DNA of 64,000 nucleotides from Candidatus Methylomirabilota bacterium (GCA_046727155.1 JBKPCB010000070.1:40-64039); one strand, 5' to 3'; shown: positions 37,632 through 46,948, counted from the first letter of the stretch. The notes: generated from the sequence alone by a model not told the origin. Numbers and translations: made by a program.

Positions 37632-38522
37632 TCAGCCCTTCAGCAGGCCGTGCTGAACGAGGACGGCTTTCAGGCGCTGGCGGTTGGGCTCCGTCATGGG
37701 GCACATCGGCAGGCGGAACTCGGGCGCGATCATCCCCATCATCGCCATGGCTTCCTTGACCGGGATGGGATTGGTCTCGATGAACATGGCCCGGCTCAGC
37801 GGGAAGAGCTTGAGGTGCAGCTCACGGGCCAGCTTCCAGTCGCCGGCCAGGGCCGCGTGGGTCAACTCGGCGGTCTCGCGCGGGACGAGATTGGCGATGA
37901 CCGAGATCACGCCGCGCCCCCCCACGGACATGAGCGGCAGGGTCAGGTTGTCGTCGCCCGAGAGCACGCAGAAGTCGGACCCGCACGCCAGGATGACCTG
38001 GGTCATCTGGTCGAGAGAGCCCGAGGCCTCCTTGACGCCGACGATGTTCGGGCAGTCCTTGGCCAGGCGGGCCAGCGTGTCCGTCTCAACGTTCACCGCC
38101 GTGCGGCTGGCGATGTTGTAGACGAGGATCGGGATTTCAACGGCCTCCGCGACGGCGCGGAAGTGCCGGTAGAGGCCCTCCTGCGTCGGCCGGTTGTAGT
38201 ACGGGTTGACCACGAGGGCGCCGTGGGCGCCCGCCTTCTTGGCGTGGCTGGTGAGGTCGATGGCCTCCGCAGTCGAATTGGAGCCCGTGCCCGCGATCAC
38301 CGCGATCCGCCCCCGCGCCGCCTCGACAACGAGCTCGACAACCCGCTTGTGCTCGTCGTGGCTCAGCGTCGGCGACTCGCCAGTGGTGCCGCAGGGAACG
38401 ATCGCGTCGGTTCCGTGCGTGACGTGGAACTCCACCAGCTCGCGGACCTTGAGCTCGTCAACCTTGCCATTTCGGAACGGGGTGACCATTGCGACGATCG
38501 AACCCTGGAATGTGGCGCGCAT
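37632..38522 (-). CDS. dapA: 4-hydroxy-tetrahydrodipicolinate synthase
   Basis: GTTGESPTL, PYYN.P, YNI..RT, GVKEASG, SGDD, NPIPVK; AAGGAGG RBS. Confidence 0.96.
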   Translation of the reverse strand: MRATFQGSIVAMVTPFRNGKVDELKVRELVEFHVTHGTDAIVPCGTTGESPTLSHDEHKRVVELVVEAARGRIAVIAGTGSNSTAEAIDLTSHAKKAGAHGALVVNPYYNRPTQEGLYRHFRAVAEAVEIPILVYNIASRTAVNVETDTLARLAKDCPNIVGVKEASGSLDQMTQVILACGSDFCVLSGDDNLTLPLMSVGGRGVISVIANLVPRETAELTHAALAGDWKLARELHLKLFPLSRAMFIETNPIPVKEAMAMMGMIAPEFRLPMCPMTEPNRQRLKAVLVQHGLLKG

Positions 38523-38543
38523 GGCTGCCTCCTTAATATACGC

Positions 38544-38655
38544 TCGCCTCGGACGGCGGGGCCTCTCCGTATCGCTCGCCTCGCACGCTGGGGACCCAGC
38601 CCCCGGCCGTGCTGCGGCTCGCCCTGCGCCCGCGACGTCCTGCGGCTCGCCCTGC
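38544..38655. repeat. Intergenic repeat cluster (REP-like) between lysA and dapA
   Basis: 16-bp direct repeat CTGCGGCTCGCCCTGC at 38612-38627 and 38640-38655. 38544-38563 is the exact reverse complement of 40100-40119, and 38629-38655 matches the reverse complement of 40068-40094 at 25/27. Confidence 0.8.
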
Positions 38656-38657
38656 CA

Positions 38658-39902
38658 TTACTCGAGCGACTCGCCGGTGATCAGGTCTTCGTACGTCTCG
38701 CGCCGCCTGACGATGCGGAACCGGTCCCGCTCGACCAGGACCTCGGCGGCGCGGGGACGGGCATTGTACTGCGAGGACATGGCGAAGCCATAGGCGCCCG
38801 CGCTCATCACGGCCAGGAGGTCCCCGGCGGCGATCTCCGGGAGCTCCCGGTCCTTGGCGAGAAAATCGCCCGACTCGCAGATCGGGCCGACGACATCCAT
38901 CGCGACGCGCGGACCGGCCGTCTCGCGGACGGGCCGGATCTCGTGGAAGGACTCGTACAGGCTCGGCCGGATCAGATCGTTCATCGCCGCGTCCACGATC
39001 AGGAACCGCTTCTCCGGGGTCCGCTTCGGGTACAGCGCGCGGGTGAGGAGCGCCCCGGCATTGCCCACGATGGCGCGGCCCGGCTCGATCAGGACTGTGG
39101 CTCCCAGCTCCTTGAGCACCGGCAGGAGCGTGGCCGCGTACTCCTCTTCGGACGGCGGCCGCTCGTCCTTGTAGCGGATGCCCAACCCACCGCCCACATC
39201 CACGATCTGGACCTCGATCCGGCGCTCGCGCAGCTCTTTGACCAGCGCGGCCACCCGCGCCATGCTGTCGGCGAAGGGCGAGAGCGCGGTGAGCTGCGAG
39301 CCGATGTGCATCTGCACGCCCAGCACCTGCAGCCCCGCCATGCGCGCCGCTTCCTCGTACTCGATCAAGGCGTCGGCCACCGGAATGCCGAACTTGGACG
39401 TCTTCAAGCCGGTGGCGATGTACTTGTGGGTCTGCGGATCTACGTCGGGATTGACCCGAAGCGCGACCGGGGCGCGGATGCCCATCTCCTGCGCCACCTG
39501 ATCCAGGGCGCGCAGCTCGGCGCCCGACTCCACGTTGAACATGAGGATATCGGCCTTGAGCGCTTCGCGCATCTCTTCCCGTGTCTTGCCGACTCCCGCG
39601 AAGATGATCCGCTTGGGCGGCACTCCAGCCCGGATCGCCCGGAACAGCTCTCCGCCGGAGACCACATCCACGCCTGCGCCCAACTTGGCGAGGGCGGCTA
39701 CGACGGCCAGATTGCCGTTGGCCTTCATGGCGTAACAGATGAGATGGGGGACGGCGGCAAAGGCGCGGTCCAGGGCGCGGTACGCCTCGAGAATGGCCGT
39801 CTTCGAGTAGACGAAGGTCGGCGTCCCGACGCTGTCCGCCACGTGGCGGAGCGGCACCGCTTCGCAGTACAACTCGCCCCCCCGATACTCGAACGGTTCC
39901 AT
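38658..39902 (-). CDS. lysA: Diaminopimelate decarboxylase
   Basis: YAMKAN, VSGGE, HIGSQ, DVGGGLG, EPGRAIV, GPICESGD, GAYG. Confidence 0.96.
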   Translation of the reverse strand: MEPFEYRGGELYCEAVPLRHVADSVGTPTFVYSKTAILEAYRALDRAFAAVPHLICYAMKANGNLAVVAALAKLGAGVDVVSGGELFRAIRAGVPPKRIIFAGVGKTREEMREALKADILMFNVESGAELRALDQVAQEMGIRAPVALRVNPDVDPQTHKYIATGLKTSKFGIPVADALIEYEEAARMAGLQVLGVQMHIGSQLTALSPFADSMARVAALVKELRERRIEVQIVDVGGGLGIRYKDERPPSEEEYAATLLPVLKELGATVLIEPGRAIVGNAGALLTRALYPKRTPEKRFLIVDAAMNDLIRPSLYESFHEIRPVRETAGPRVAMDVVGPICESGDFLAKDRELPEIAAGDLLAVMSAGAYGFAMSSQYNARPRAAEVLVERDRFRIVRRRETYEDLITGESLE

Positions 39903-39937
39903 TCGGCGATCCTCGATTCCGCGCTGGATAATCACCG

Positions 39938-39966
39938 ACTCTAGCACCACGGTCGGATCACTTCAA
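39938..39966 (-). promoter_or_regulatory. Sigma70-type promoter for lysA
   Basis: Minus strand TTGAAG-N17-TAGAGT with TGn extension. Confidence 0.6.
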
Positions 39967-39989
39967 GACGACCGGCGTCTACTCCACGT

Positions 39990-40204
39990 CTGAGACGGGC
40001 GGGTCCTGTCGCTGCGGGCTGCCTTGCGCGGGCGGCTTCGTCACCCACTCGCCCGAACGCAGCTCCTGCAGTGCGAGCCGCAGGATGTCGCGGGGCTGGG
40101 GCCCCGCCGTCCGAGGCGAACCATCCAAAATCTGCGGACGGGACTCGGGGGTCCCACTGCGCGCGCCCGCGCAAGGCGGCCTGCGCGCCACCCACCCGTC
40201 TCAG
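39990..40204. mobile_element. 215-bp MITE-like non-autonomous element
   Basis: Terminal IRs CTGAGACGGGCGGG (39990-40003) and CCCACCCGTCTCAG (40191-40204) match 13/14 and extend imperfectly to about 45 bp (shared GCCTTGCGCGGGCG). CGT is duplicated at 39987-39989 and 40205-40207. No credible ORF. Confidence 0.7.
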
Positions 40205-40218
40205 CGTTACGTTCATGA

Positions 40219-41298
40219 CTAGGGGACGGTGACGCTCACCTCGTTGGAGCGCCGGCTCTCGTTGGGCCGCCGCGCGCTGTCAATCGCGGTCACGGCGTAG
40301 CGGTAGGTCGCGCCCGGCTGCACGTTGCGGTCGACGTATACCGTGTTCACCCGGGTCGTTGTGGCGATTCGCTCGAAGGGACCGCTGCCGACGGCCCGGT
40401 ACACGGCATAGAGCGCAACGTCCGCCTCGGGACCTGGGATCCACGCGAGGCGAACCGCTCCAGGCGTGGGGATGGCGACGAGGCTGGACGGCGCGCCGGG
40501 GGGCGTGGTCTTCACCGGGGAGGCGGCCACGGTGGCCGACGCGGCACCTGTCGCCATGGCGCGCGGATCCGTCCGCACGGCGCGCACCGCGTAGCGGTAC
40601 TCGACGTCATTTTCCACCTCGGTGTCGGTGAACGTCGTGCCCGCGACGGGCTCGGGCGTGACCGGGGACAGCGCGCCCTCGACGGCGGGGCCCCGCAGCA
40701 CCTGATATCGCAGCTCGCCGGTCACCGGCGTGCCGTCGCTGAACTCGGTGGGCGCGTCCCAGCTGAGCCTGATCTGCCGGTCGCCGGCCACAGCCACCAC
40801 GCGCTGCGGAGCCTTGGGCGCGGCCAGAAAGACGATCGCCAGGCGCTCGGATGGCGCGCTCGACCGGCCGAGAGAGTCCTCCGCCGTGACTACGTAGACG
40901 TACTGGCGGCCGAGCGCGAGACCCTTCCGGTCCACCCAGCGCACGGTGCCGCCCTGCACCTCCGCCGGGGCCGGCGCGTCGAGCCGGATCACGGCCAGCT
41001 CGTCGTATCCCACGACACGGTCGCCGGACAGCATGGCGGACTTGAGTGGCGTCCCGTCGCTGTCTTCGCGGCGGTGGACACGGAGCGTGGTGAGATCCCG
41101 CAGTCGTGAAGTGTCCACGCGGGTCGTGGGATTGCTCCAGGTCAGCACGATGCTGCTTTCGTCCACGGCGCCTTGCAGCGCCGAGGGCGCCACCGGCAGC
41201 CGCCGCTCGGGCGCGACAGGCGGCCCCTTCTTGCCGCACGCGACCAGGCCGAGCCCCAGCAGCAGCAGCGCGGCCGCCGTACGGCCGCGCCCGGTCAC
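40219..41298 (-). CDS. Lipoprotein with an LptM/YifL-like CGKKGPP N-terminus and fibronectin type III domains
   Basis: Lipobox LVA-C followed by GKKGPPVAP; three repeats of the L.W..P...Y.Y.V.A pattern. Confidence 0.8.
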   Translation of the reverse strand: MTGRGRTAAALLLLGLGLVACGKKGPPVAPERRLPVAPSALQGAVDESSIVLTWSNPTTRVDTSRLRDLTTLRVHRREDSDGTPLKSAMLSGDRVVGYDELAVIRLDAPAPAEVQGGTVRWVDRKGLALGRQYVYVVTAEDSLGRSSAPSERLAIVFLAAPKAPQRVVAVAGDRQIRLSWDAPTEFSDGTPVTGELRYQVLRGPAVEGALSPVTPEPVAGTTFTDTEVENDVEYRYAVRAVRTDPRAMATGAASATVAASPVKTTPPGAPSSLVAIPTPGAVRLAWIPGPEADVALYAVYRAVGSGPFERIATTTRVNTVYVDRNVQPGATYRYAVTAIDSARRPNESRRSNEVSVTVP

Positions 41299-42707
41299 CG
41301 CGCGTCCCCCTTGGCGATGACCGCCCGCGCCGCAGCGAGCTGCTGCTTGACCGCGGCGTGGGCGGTGCCGCCCGTCACCGCCCGTGCGCCCAGGGAGGCA
41401 TCCACGGTGATGGCTTGGCGCACGTCCGATTCCACGAGCGGGGAGAACTGGCGAAACTCATCGAGGCTGAGCGCGTCGAGCTCCTTGCCCTTGGACAGGG
41501 CGTAGCGGACGGTCCGGCCGACGATCTCGTGCGCCTCGCGGAACGGCAGGCCCTTGCGGACGAGATAATCGGCCAGGTCCGTGGCGGTGGCATAGCCGGT
41601 TCCGGCGGCTTCGCGCATCCGGTCCACGCGGAACGTGAGCGTCGCCAGCATCGGCGGCAGGACGCCCAAGATGGCCTCCAGCGTGTCCACAGTGTCGAAA
41701 AGCGGCTCCTTGTCCTCCTGCATGTCGGAGTTGTAGGTCAGGGGCAGGCCCTTCATCGTGGTCAGCACCGCCGTGAGGTTCCCGTACAGGCGGCCGGTCT
41801 TGCCGCGGATCAGCTCGGCCACGTCAGGATTCTTCTTCTGCGGCATGATCGAGGAGCCCGTCGCGAAGGCGTCCGCGAACTCGACGAAGCCGAACTCCGC
41901 GGTGGCCCAGAGGGTGAGGTCGGCCGCGAGCCGCGAGCAGTGCGCCCCGAGGATGGCCGCGTGCGCCAGGAACTCGAGGACGAAGTCGCGGTCGGCCACG
42001 GCATCCATGCTGTTGGGGCTGGGACCGGCGAAGCCGAGATCCGCCGCCAGAGCCTCGCGGTCGATGGCGAAGGCGGTGCCCGCGAGCGCGCCTGACCCGA
42101 GGGGCAGCACGTTGATCCGCCCGCGGCAGTCGCGGAACCGCTCGCGGTCGCGCTGGAACATGAACACGTAGGCCAGCAGATGGTGAGCCAGCAGCACCGG
42201 TTGGGCGCGCTGCAAATGCGTGTAGCCGGGCATGGGCGCGTCCAGGTGTTCCTCGGCGCGCCGGACCAGCGCGTCCTGCGTTTCGCCAAGGCCCGCGTCC
42301 ACGTGGCCGACCACATCGCGCAGGTAGAGTCGCTCGTCGAGCGCGATCTGGTCGTTGCGCGAGCGTCCCGTGTGGAGCTTGCCGCCCACGGAACCGGCCA
42401 GCTCGATGAGCCGGCGCTCGACGTTCATGTGGATGTCCTCGAGCTCGCGGCGGAAGGGAAACGTGCCGGCCTCGAGCTCGGCGCGGACAGCGTCCAGTCC
42501 CTTGAGCAGTGCGCCCAGCTCGGCCTCGGTGATCAGGCGCGCGCGGTGCAGGGCCCGCGCCCAAGCCCCGCTGCCCTCGAGGTCGTAGGACCAGAGGCGG
42601 CGGTCGAAGGCCAGCGACGAGGTAAAAGCCTCGGCGGCGGGATCCGCCCCGTGGGAGAAGCGCCCGGACCAGGGTTTGGCCGGGGGCTTGCTGCCGGGGG
42701 CGGTCAC
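41295..42707 (-). CDS. argH: Argininosuccinate lyase
   Basis: W.GRF, EDIH, KLHTGRSRNDQ, GYTHLQRAQP, GSSIMPQKKNPD, DMQEDKE. Confidence 0.97.
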   Translation of the reverse strand: MTAPGSKPPAKPWSGRFSHGADPAAEAFTSSLAFDRRLWSYDLEGSGAWARALHRARLITEAELGALLKGLDAVRAELEAGTFPFRRELEDIHMNVERRLIELAGSVGGKLHTGRSRNDQIALDERLYLRDVVGHVDAGLGETQDALVRRAEEHLDAPMPGYTHLQRAQPVLLAHHLLAYVFMFQRDRERFRDCRGRINVLPLGSGALAGTAFAIDREALAADLGFAGPSPNSMDAVADRDFVLEFLAHAAILGAHCSRLAADLTLWATAEFGFVEFADAFATGSSIMPQKKNPDVAELIRGKTGRLYGNLTAVLTTMKGLPLTYNSDMQEDKEPLFDTVDTLEAILGVLPPMLATLTFRVDRMREAAGTGYATATDLADYLVRKGLPFREAHEIVGRTVRYALSKGKELDALSLDEFRQFSPLVESDVRQAITVDASLGARAVTGGTAHAAVKQQLAAARAVIAKGDAR

Positions 42708-43453
42708 GAGGCGCCTGCCCGGCCGGTGGCAGCGGCGGCGGGGGCGGCCCCCGTCTTGAGCAGCGCCGCGATCTCACTCATGATCCGCCGGGTGATCTCC
42801 TCGCGCTCCGTATGCGTCACCCTCCGATGGCGCGGCAGCCCGAAGTGCATGGGCTCTCCGAACCGGACCGAGAGCGGCCGCTTGCGCGGCATGTAGAACC
42901 GCCGACCTGCCAGCGCCTCGAACGTGCCTTCGATGGCGGCGGGCACCACCGGCACGCCCGAGCGCACCGCGATCATCGCCACTCCCGGCTGCCCGGGCAC
43001 GAGCCGTCCTTCCTGGCTGAACGGGCCTTCGGGGAAGATGCCGACGATCCGGCCCTCTTCGAGCACCCGCAGGGCGCGCTTGATCGCGCCGGGATCGGGA
43101 CGCTCCAGGTTCACCGGGATTGAGCCCACGCGGCGGTGGAACGGCGGGTGTAGCGGGCTCGCGTTGTAGACCCGGGGCATGACGAGGAAGGCCACGGGAC
43201 GAGGCACGGCGGCGCCGAGCACGACGCCGTCGAGGTAGTTGTGGTGATTGGCCGCGAGAATGAACGGCCCAGAGGCCGGCAGGCGCTCGACGCCCATGAC
43301 CCTCAGGCGGAACAGCGAGCGCAGCAGCGGGGTGCACGCCGTCCGGAGCAGGTGGTAGAGGAGCGGGAACCGCTCGCCGTCGGCGGGCCGGGACAGGGCG
43401 GCCGCCCTCGGGGCCGCGATCGACAGAGCGCTCGATTCGTCTCTAGGGGCCAT
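42704..43453 (-). CDS. plsC: 1-acyl-sn-glycerol-3-phosphate acyltransferase family protein
   Basis: NHHNYLD (HxxxxD), IFPEG, VPVVP..I.G. Confidence 0.85.
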   Translation of the reverse strand: MAPRDESSALSIAAPRAAALSRPADGERFPLLYHLLRTACTPLLRSLFRLRVMGVERLPASGPFILAANHHNYLDGVVLGAAVPRPVAFLVMPRVYNASPLHPPFHRRVGSIPVNLERPDPGAIKRALRVLEEGRIVGIFPEGPFSQEGRLVPGQPGVAMIAVRSGVPVVPAAIEGTFEALAGRRFYMPRKRPLSVRFGEPMHFGLPRHRRVTHTEREEITRRIMSEIAALLKTGAAPAAAATGRAGAS

Positions 43454-43463
43454 GGTCCGCTCG

Positions 43464-43492
43464 TTTATAACACCCGGGCCGAGTGGTGACAA
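43464..43492 (-). promoter_or_regulatory. Sigma70-type promoter for the plsC-argH unit
   Basis: Minus strand TTGTCA-N17-TATAAA with TGn extension, 10 nt before the ATG. Confidence 0.7.
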
Positions 43493-43507
43493 GGCGCGGA
43501 GGCGCCT

Positions 43508-44563
43508 TCAGCGAACCCGGCTCAGGCGGTACTTCGCCACCGCCGCAACATGGTCGGCGAGGGTGGCGGAGAACTGGTGGCGCCGCTCATCCATCGCCAC
43601 GAAGTAGAGATAGTTGACGCGCGCCGGCCGCACGGCGGCCTGGATCGCCATCCGGCCCGGGCTCGCGATGGGGCCCGGCGGCAGGCCGGTCCGGCGGTAG
43701 GTGTTGAAGGGCGAGTCGACCTGGAGATCCTCCCGGGTCAGACGCAATCGATCCTTGCCGACGGCGTACTGGACCGTGGGGTCGGCCTGCAGCGGCATCT
43801 CGCGCTTGAGGCGGTTCCAGAAGACGGCGGAGATCAGCGGCATCTCGCTCGGGTCCACCGCTTCCTTCTCGATGATGGACGCCAAAGTCAGGAGCTGATG
43901 CAGCGACAGATCGCGGGCGCTCGCCTCGTCCAGCAGCTCCGGCGAGACCTTCTCCCGCATCCGGGCCACCATGCGCGCGAGGATCTCTTCCGGCGTCATG
44001 CCCTTGACGAACTGATAGGTATCCGGGAAGAGGTAGCCCTCGACGGTGTTGGCGCGGATGTCCATCGTTCGGAGGAACAAGCCGTCGCGCGAGACGCGGA
44101 GGATGTCCTCGGCGCGCGCCAGCCGCTCGGTCTCGAGCTGGCGCGCCAGCTCGGCAACGGTCGCGCCCTCCTGGAAGACGACGTTGTGCTGGAGCACGTG
44201 GCCGCCCTCGAGCTGCCAGAGCACGGTGAACGTGCTGGCGCCTTGGGGGATCTGATACTCGCCCGCTTTGAGGGTGCGGGCGCTGCCGCGGAGCATCGCC
44301 AGCAGGCTGAAGCCCACAGGACTGCGGATCGCCCCGGCCTCGTCCAGGAGCCGGGCGACTTCGAAGAGGCCGCGGTGGGGTGGGATCTCGATCACGCGGG
44401 ATCCAGTTCGGAGCCCGGGCGCCGCCGTGACGACGAGCCAGCCCTCCACGACGGTGAAGAGCAAACCGAGGATGAGGGCGAGGACCAGGACGGTCCGGAG
44501 AGCGAACCCGGGCCGACGGGGCGGCTCCGCCCAGGTTTTCAGGAACCGGGGGCGCTCCATCAT
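43508..44563 (-). CDS. mltG: Endolytic transglycosylase MltG (YceG family)
   Basis: N-terminal TM helix, LKAGEY, EGYLFPDTY, LASIIEKE, LQADPTV.Y, YNTY-like FNTY..GLPPGPI, YLYFV. Confidence 0.93.
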   Translation of the reverse strand: MMERPRFLKTWAEPPRRPGFALRTVLVLALILGLLFTVVEGWLVVTAAPGLRTGSRVIEIPPHRGLFEVARLLDEAGAIRSPVGFSLLAMLRGSARTLKAGEYQIPQGASTFTVLWQLEGGHVLQHNVVFQEGATVAELARQLETERLARAEDILRVSRDGLFLRTMDIRANTVEGYLFPDTYQFVKGMTPEEILARMVARMREKVSPELLDEASARDLSLHQLLTLASIIEKEAVDPSEMPLISAVFWNRLKREMPLQADPTVQYAVGKDRLRLTREDLQVDSPFNTYRRTGLPPGPIASPGRMAIQAAVRPARVNYLYFVAMDERRHQFSATLADHVAAVAKYRLSRVR

Positions 44564-44622
44564 TGTTTTTTCCCATTCTGCCAAGGCCTTGCGCCTCAGT
44601 CAAACGGGGTGAGCCCGGGCGG

Positions 44623-44650
44623 TTGTCGCGCGCCGCCTTTCTGCTATAAT
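44623..44650 (+). promoter_or_regulatory. Sigma70-type promoter of the stand-alone rpoA
   Basis: TTGTCG (44623-44628), 16 nt, TATAAT (44645-44650) preceded by TGc (extended -10). Confidence 0.7.
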
Positions 44651-44709
44651 GATCGACCTGTGGTGGTGACCGGGGGCCGTCCGTCCCTGACTCTTCCAGG
44701 AGGGATTCC

Positions 44710-45708
44710 ATGCAGGATCTGATGCTTCCAGTCCGTCACGAATGGCTCGTCCGCGAGCGCGCGTACGGCAAGATCATGATCGAGCCGTTCGAGCCGGGCT
44801 TCGCCCTCACGGCGGGGAATGCCTACCGGCGGGTGCTGCTCGGGTCCATTCCGGGCGCCAGCCCGACTTGGATCAAGATCGAGGGCGTGCTCCACGAGTT
44901 CTCGCACATGCCGGGCGTGACCGAAGACACCCTCGACATCATCATGAATCTCCGCAAGGTGGTCTTCTCGCTCCACGTGAACCGGCCCAAGCTCCTCCGC
45001 CTCAAGGCCCAGGGCGTGCGGACCGTCTCGGCGCGCGACTTTGAGCCCGACGCCGACGTCGAGATCCTCACGCCCGACGTGGTGCTCGCCACGCTGGACA
45101 AGGACGGCTCGCTCGAGATGGAGGTCTGCGTCGAGCGCGGCCGGGGCTACCAGCCGGCGGAGAAGCGGGAGCCCGAAGCGCTGCCGATCAATGCCATGCT
45201 GATCGACGCGGATTTCTCGCCGGTCAAGCGCGTGAACTTCCACGTCGAGAACGTCGGCGCGGGCGGCCAAGAGCGCCTGATCGTGGAGCTATGGACGGAC
45301 GGCAGCGTCAGTCCGGAGACGGCCGTGGGCGACGCCTCGCGCATCCTCGAGGATTCGTTCGCCCTGCTGACCGACTTCCCGCAGACGCCGCCAACCGAAG
45401 CGCAGGGCGGGGAGACGATGGAGCCCGCCGCGCGCCTGGAGCTCAACGAGCATCTCTTCCGCAACGTCGACGAGCTCGAGCTGTCCGTGCGGGCGTCCAA
45501 CTGCCTGAAGACCGCCAACATCCGCACGATCGCCGACCTGGTGCAGAAGACCGAGTCGGAGCTGCTCAAGACGAAGAACTTCGGCAAGAAGTCGCTGAAC
45601 GAGATCAAGACCATCCTGGGAGAGATGGGGCTCTCCCTGGGCATGCGCCTTGATCCGGAGGAGCTGGAGCGGCTGCGCGCGCACTACGAGCGCACCTTGG
45701 AGACCTAG
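44710..45708 (+). CDS. rpoA: DNA-directed RNA polymerase subunit alpha, stand-alone divergent copy
   Basis: [33 protein letters not shown], and alpha[15 protein letters not shown]...[12 protein letters not shown]; GGAGGG RBS. Confidence 0.93.
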   Translation: MQDLMLPVRHEWLVRERAYGKIMIEPFEPGFALTAGNAYRRVLLGSIPGASPTWIKIEGVLHEFSHMPGVTEDTLDIIMNLRKVVFSLHVNRPKLLRLKAQGVRTVSARDFEPDADVEILTPDVVLATLDKDGSLEMEVCVERGRGYQPAEKREPEALPINAMLIDADFSPVKRVNFHVENVGAGGQERLIVELWTDGSVSPETAVGDASRILEDSFALLTDFPQTPPTEAQGGETMEPAARLELNEHLFRNVDELELSVRASNCLKTANIRTIADLVQKTESELLKTKNFGKKSLNEIKTILGEMGLSLGMRLDPEELERLRAHYERTLET

Positions 45709-45738
45709 GGCTTCCTCCCGCTCCCCGCGCGTCCCACC

Positions 45739-45773
45739 AGGGCCCCCGGATCGCCGGGGGCTCTCGTGTTTTC
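45739..45773 (+). terminator. Intrinsic terminator after rpoA
   Basis: 11-bp stem AGGGCCCCCGG / CCGGGGGCTCT (one G-U pair), 4-nt loop, followed by CGTGTTTTC. Confidence 0.7.
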
Positions 45774-45781
45774 GCAGGAAC

Positions 45782-46945
45782 CTAGATGCCTTCCGCCGCT
45801 TTGAGCAAGGCGGCCGGCGCCACCAGCAGGCGCTCGGCGATCTCCTGGATCACCACCTGCGGGTGCTCGCGCTCCACCAGGCGGGCGTCGAAGTTCCGGC
45901 GCCAGTCGCCGGAGCCCGAAGCGTAGACGATCCGCGCGAAGTGTTCCGAGAGAAACGGCTGCAGGCTCACGCCGAAGGAGTCGTGGAACATCACCGCGCG
46001 GGGCAGCGCGGGATCGTCGATCTCGGTGGCCGACGCGGTTCGCTGCGGCTCGACACTGGCCAGCACGACGGCGGCCGGGCGCGCCAGTCGTGGCCCGTGC
46101 GGGCGGAGCTCGAGCCGCGGCTCCTTGAAACGGCCCTCCAGGCTCAGCATCGCCACCAGGTCTCCGCTCCAGCCATCCTGCGTGACCGGCTCGAATGCCG
46201 ACTCCGGCAGAGCCCGCATCCGCGGGAACCATTCGCCGAGGCGGCCCACGATCTCCTGCGAGGCAAGAAGTGCGCCACGACCGTTCCAATGGGTGTCGGT
46301 GCGGAGGTAGAGGACACCGCGTCCCTTGGCTTCGCGCAGCGGCCCGCTCAGATCGAGGACGTCTACGGTCGAGTGGGCGCGCAGGTGGGCGGCGAGTTGA
46401 TCCATGCGCGTCGTGGGGCGGACGCGGTTCAGCGCGTCGGGCATGAACTCGGGGTAGACCGTCTCTTTGCTGGGCGCCACCACCACGAGGAAGTGGATGC
46501 CGCGTTCGGCCAGCCAGTCGCGCCGCCGCTCCATGCGCTGACGCCAGACCTCGAGCTCCTCGGCGGTGAAGGGGTGGACGGCCCGGTATGAGGCGAGCGC
46601 GTCGTCGTCGGCGAAGAAGAGCCAGCCCGCCTTGCCGAGGACGATGCTCTTGGTGGGCGAGACGCCCAAGGCGAGCAGGATGCGGCTGTACTGCCTGACC
46701 AGCGCGCGGCGGAAGCCGAAGTTGTCGTTCCACCAGGACTCGAGCGCGCCGATGTAGCTCACCGACACCATCTCGCCCGGCCGGAGCGGTGGGGGCGGCG
46801 CGAGTCTGCGCTTCTCGGTGAGAACGGGCGTCGGGTCGAGCCCGACCAGAACATCGGCGAGCGGCAGCGCGATCGCGACGACGAATCCGGTGACGAGGAG
46901 CACCTCGGTGAGCCGCCTCAGGTGGCGAAGCGCGCGCGCGGTCAT
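45782..46945 (-). CDS. AlgJ/AlgX-like SGNH O-acetyltransferase
   Basis: N-terminal anchor, GKAGWLF, V.PSKETVYPE, YLRTDTHWN (DxH), FHDSF. Confidence 0.85.
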   Translation of the reverse strand: MTARALRHLRRLTEVLLVTGFVVAIALPLADVLVGLDPTPVLTEKRRLAPPPPLRPGEMVSVSYIGALESWWNDNFGFRRALVRQYSRILLALGVSPTKSIVLGKAGWLFFADDDALASYRAVHPFTAEELEVWRQRMERRRDWLAERGIHFLVVVAPSKETVYPEFMPDALNRVRPTTRMDQLAAHLRAHSTVDVLDLSGPLREAKGRGVLYLRTDTHWNGRGALLASQEIVGRLGEWFPRMRALPESAFEPVTQDGWSGDLVAMLSLEGRFKEPRLELRPHGPRLARPAAVVLASVEPQRTASATEIDDPALPRAVMFHDSFGVSLQPFLSEHFARIVYASGSGDWRRNFDARLVEREHPQVVIQEIAERLLVAPAALLKAAEGI

Positions 46946-46948
46946 GAG

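Noticed and set aside
39950-40218. Lysine riboswitch upstream of lysA
   Set aside because: The L-box hallmarks (AGAGGUGC start, GCCGAA, UGGG...CUGUC pattern) are absent. Terminal IRs, a 3-bp duplication and a promoter downstream of the structure fit an inserted element better.
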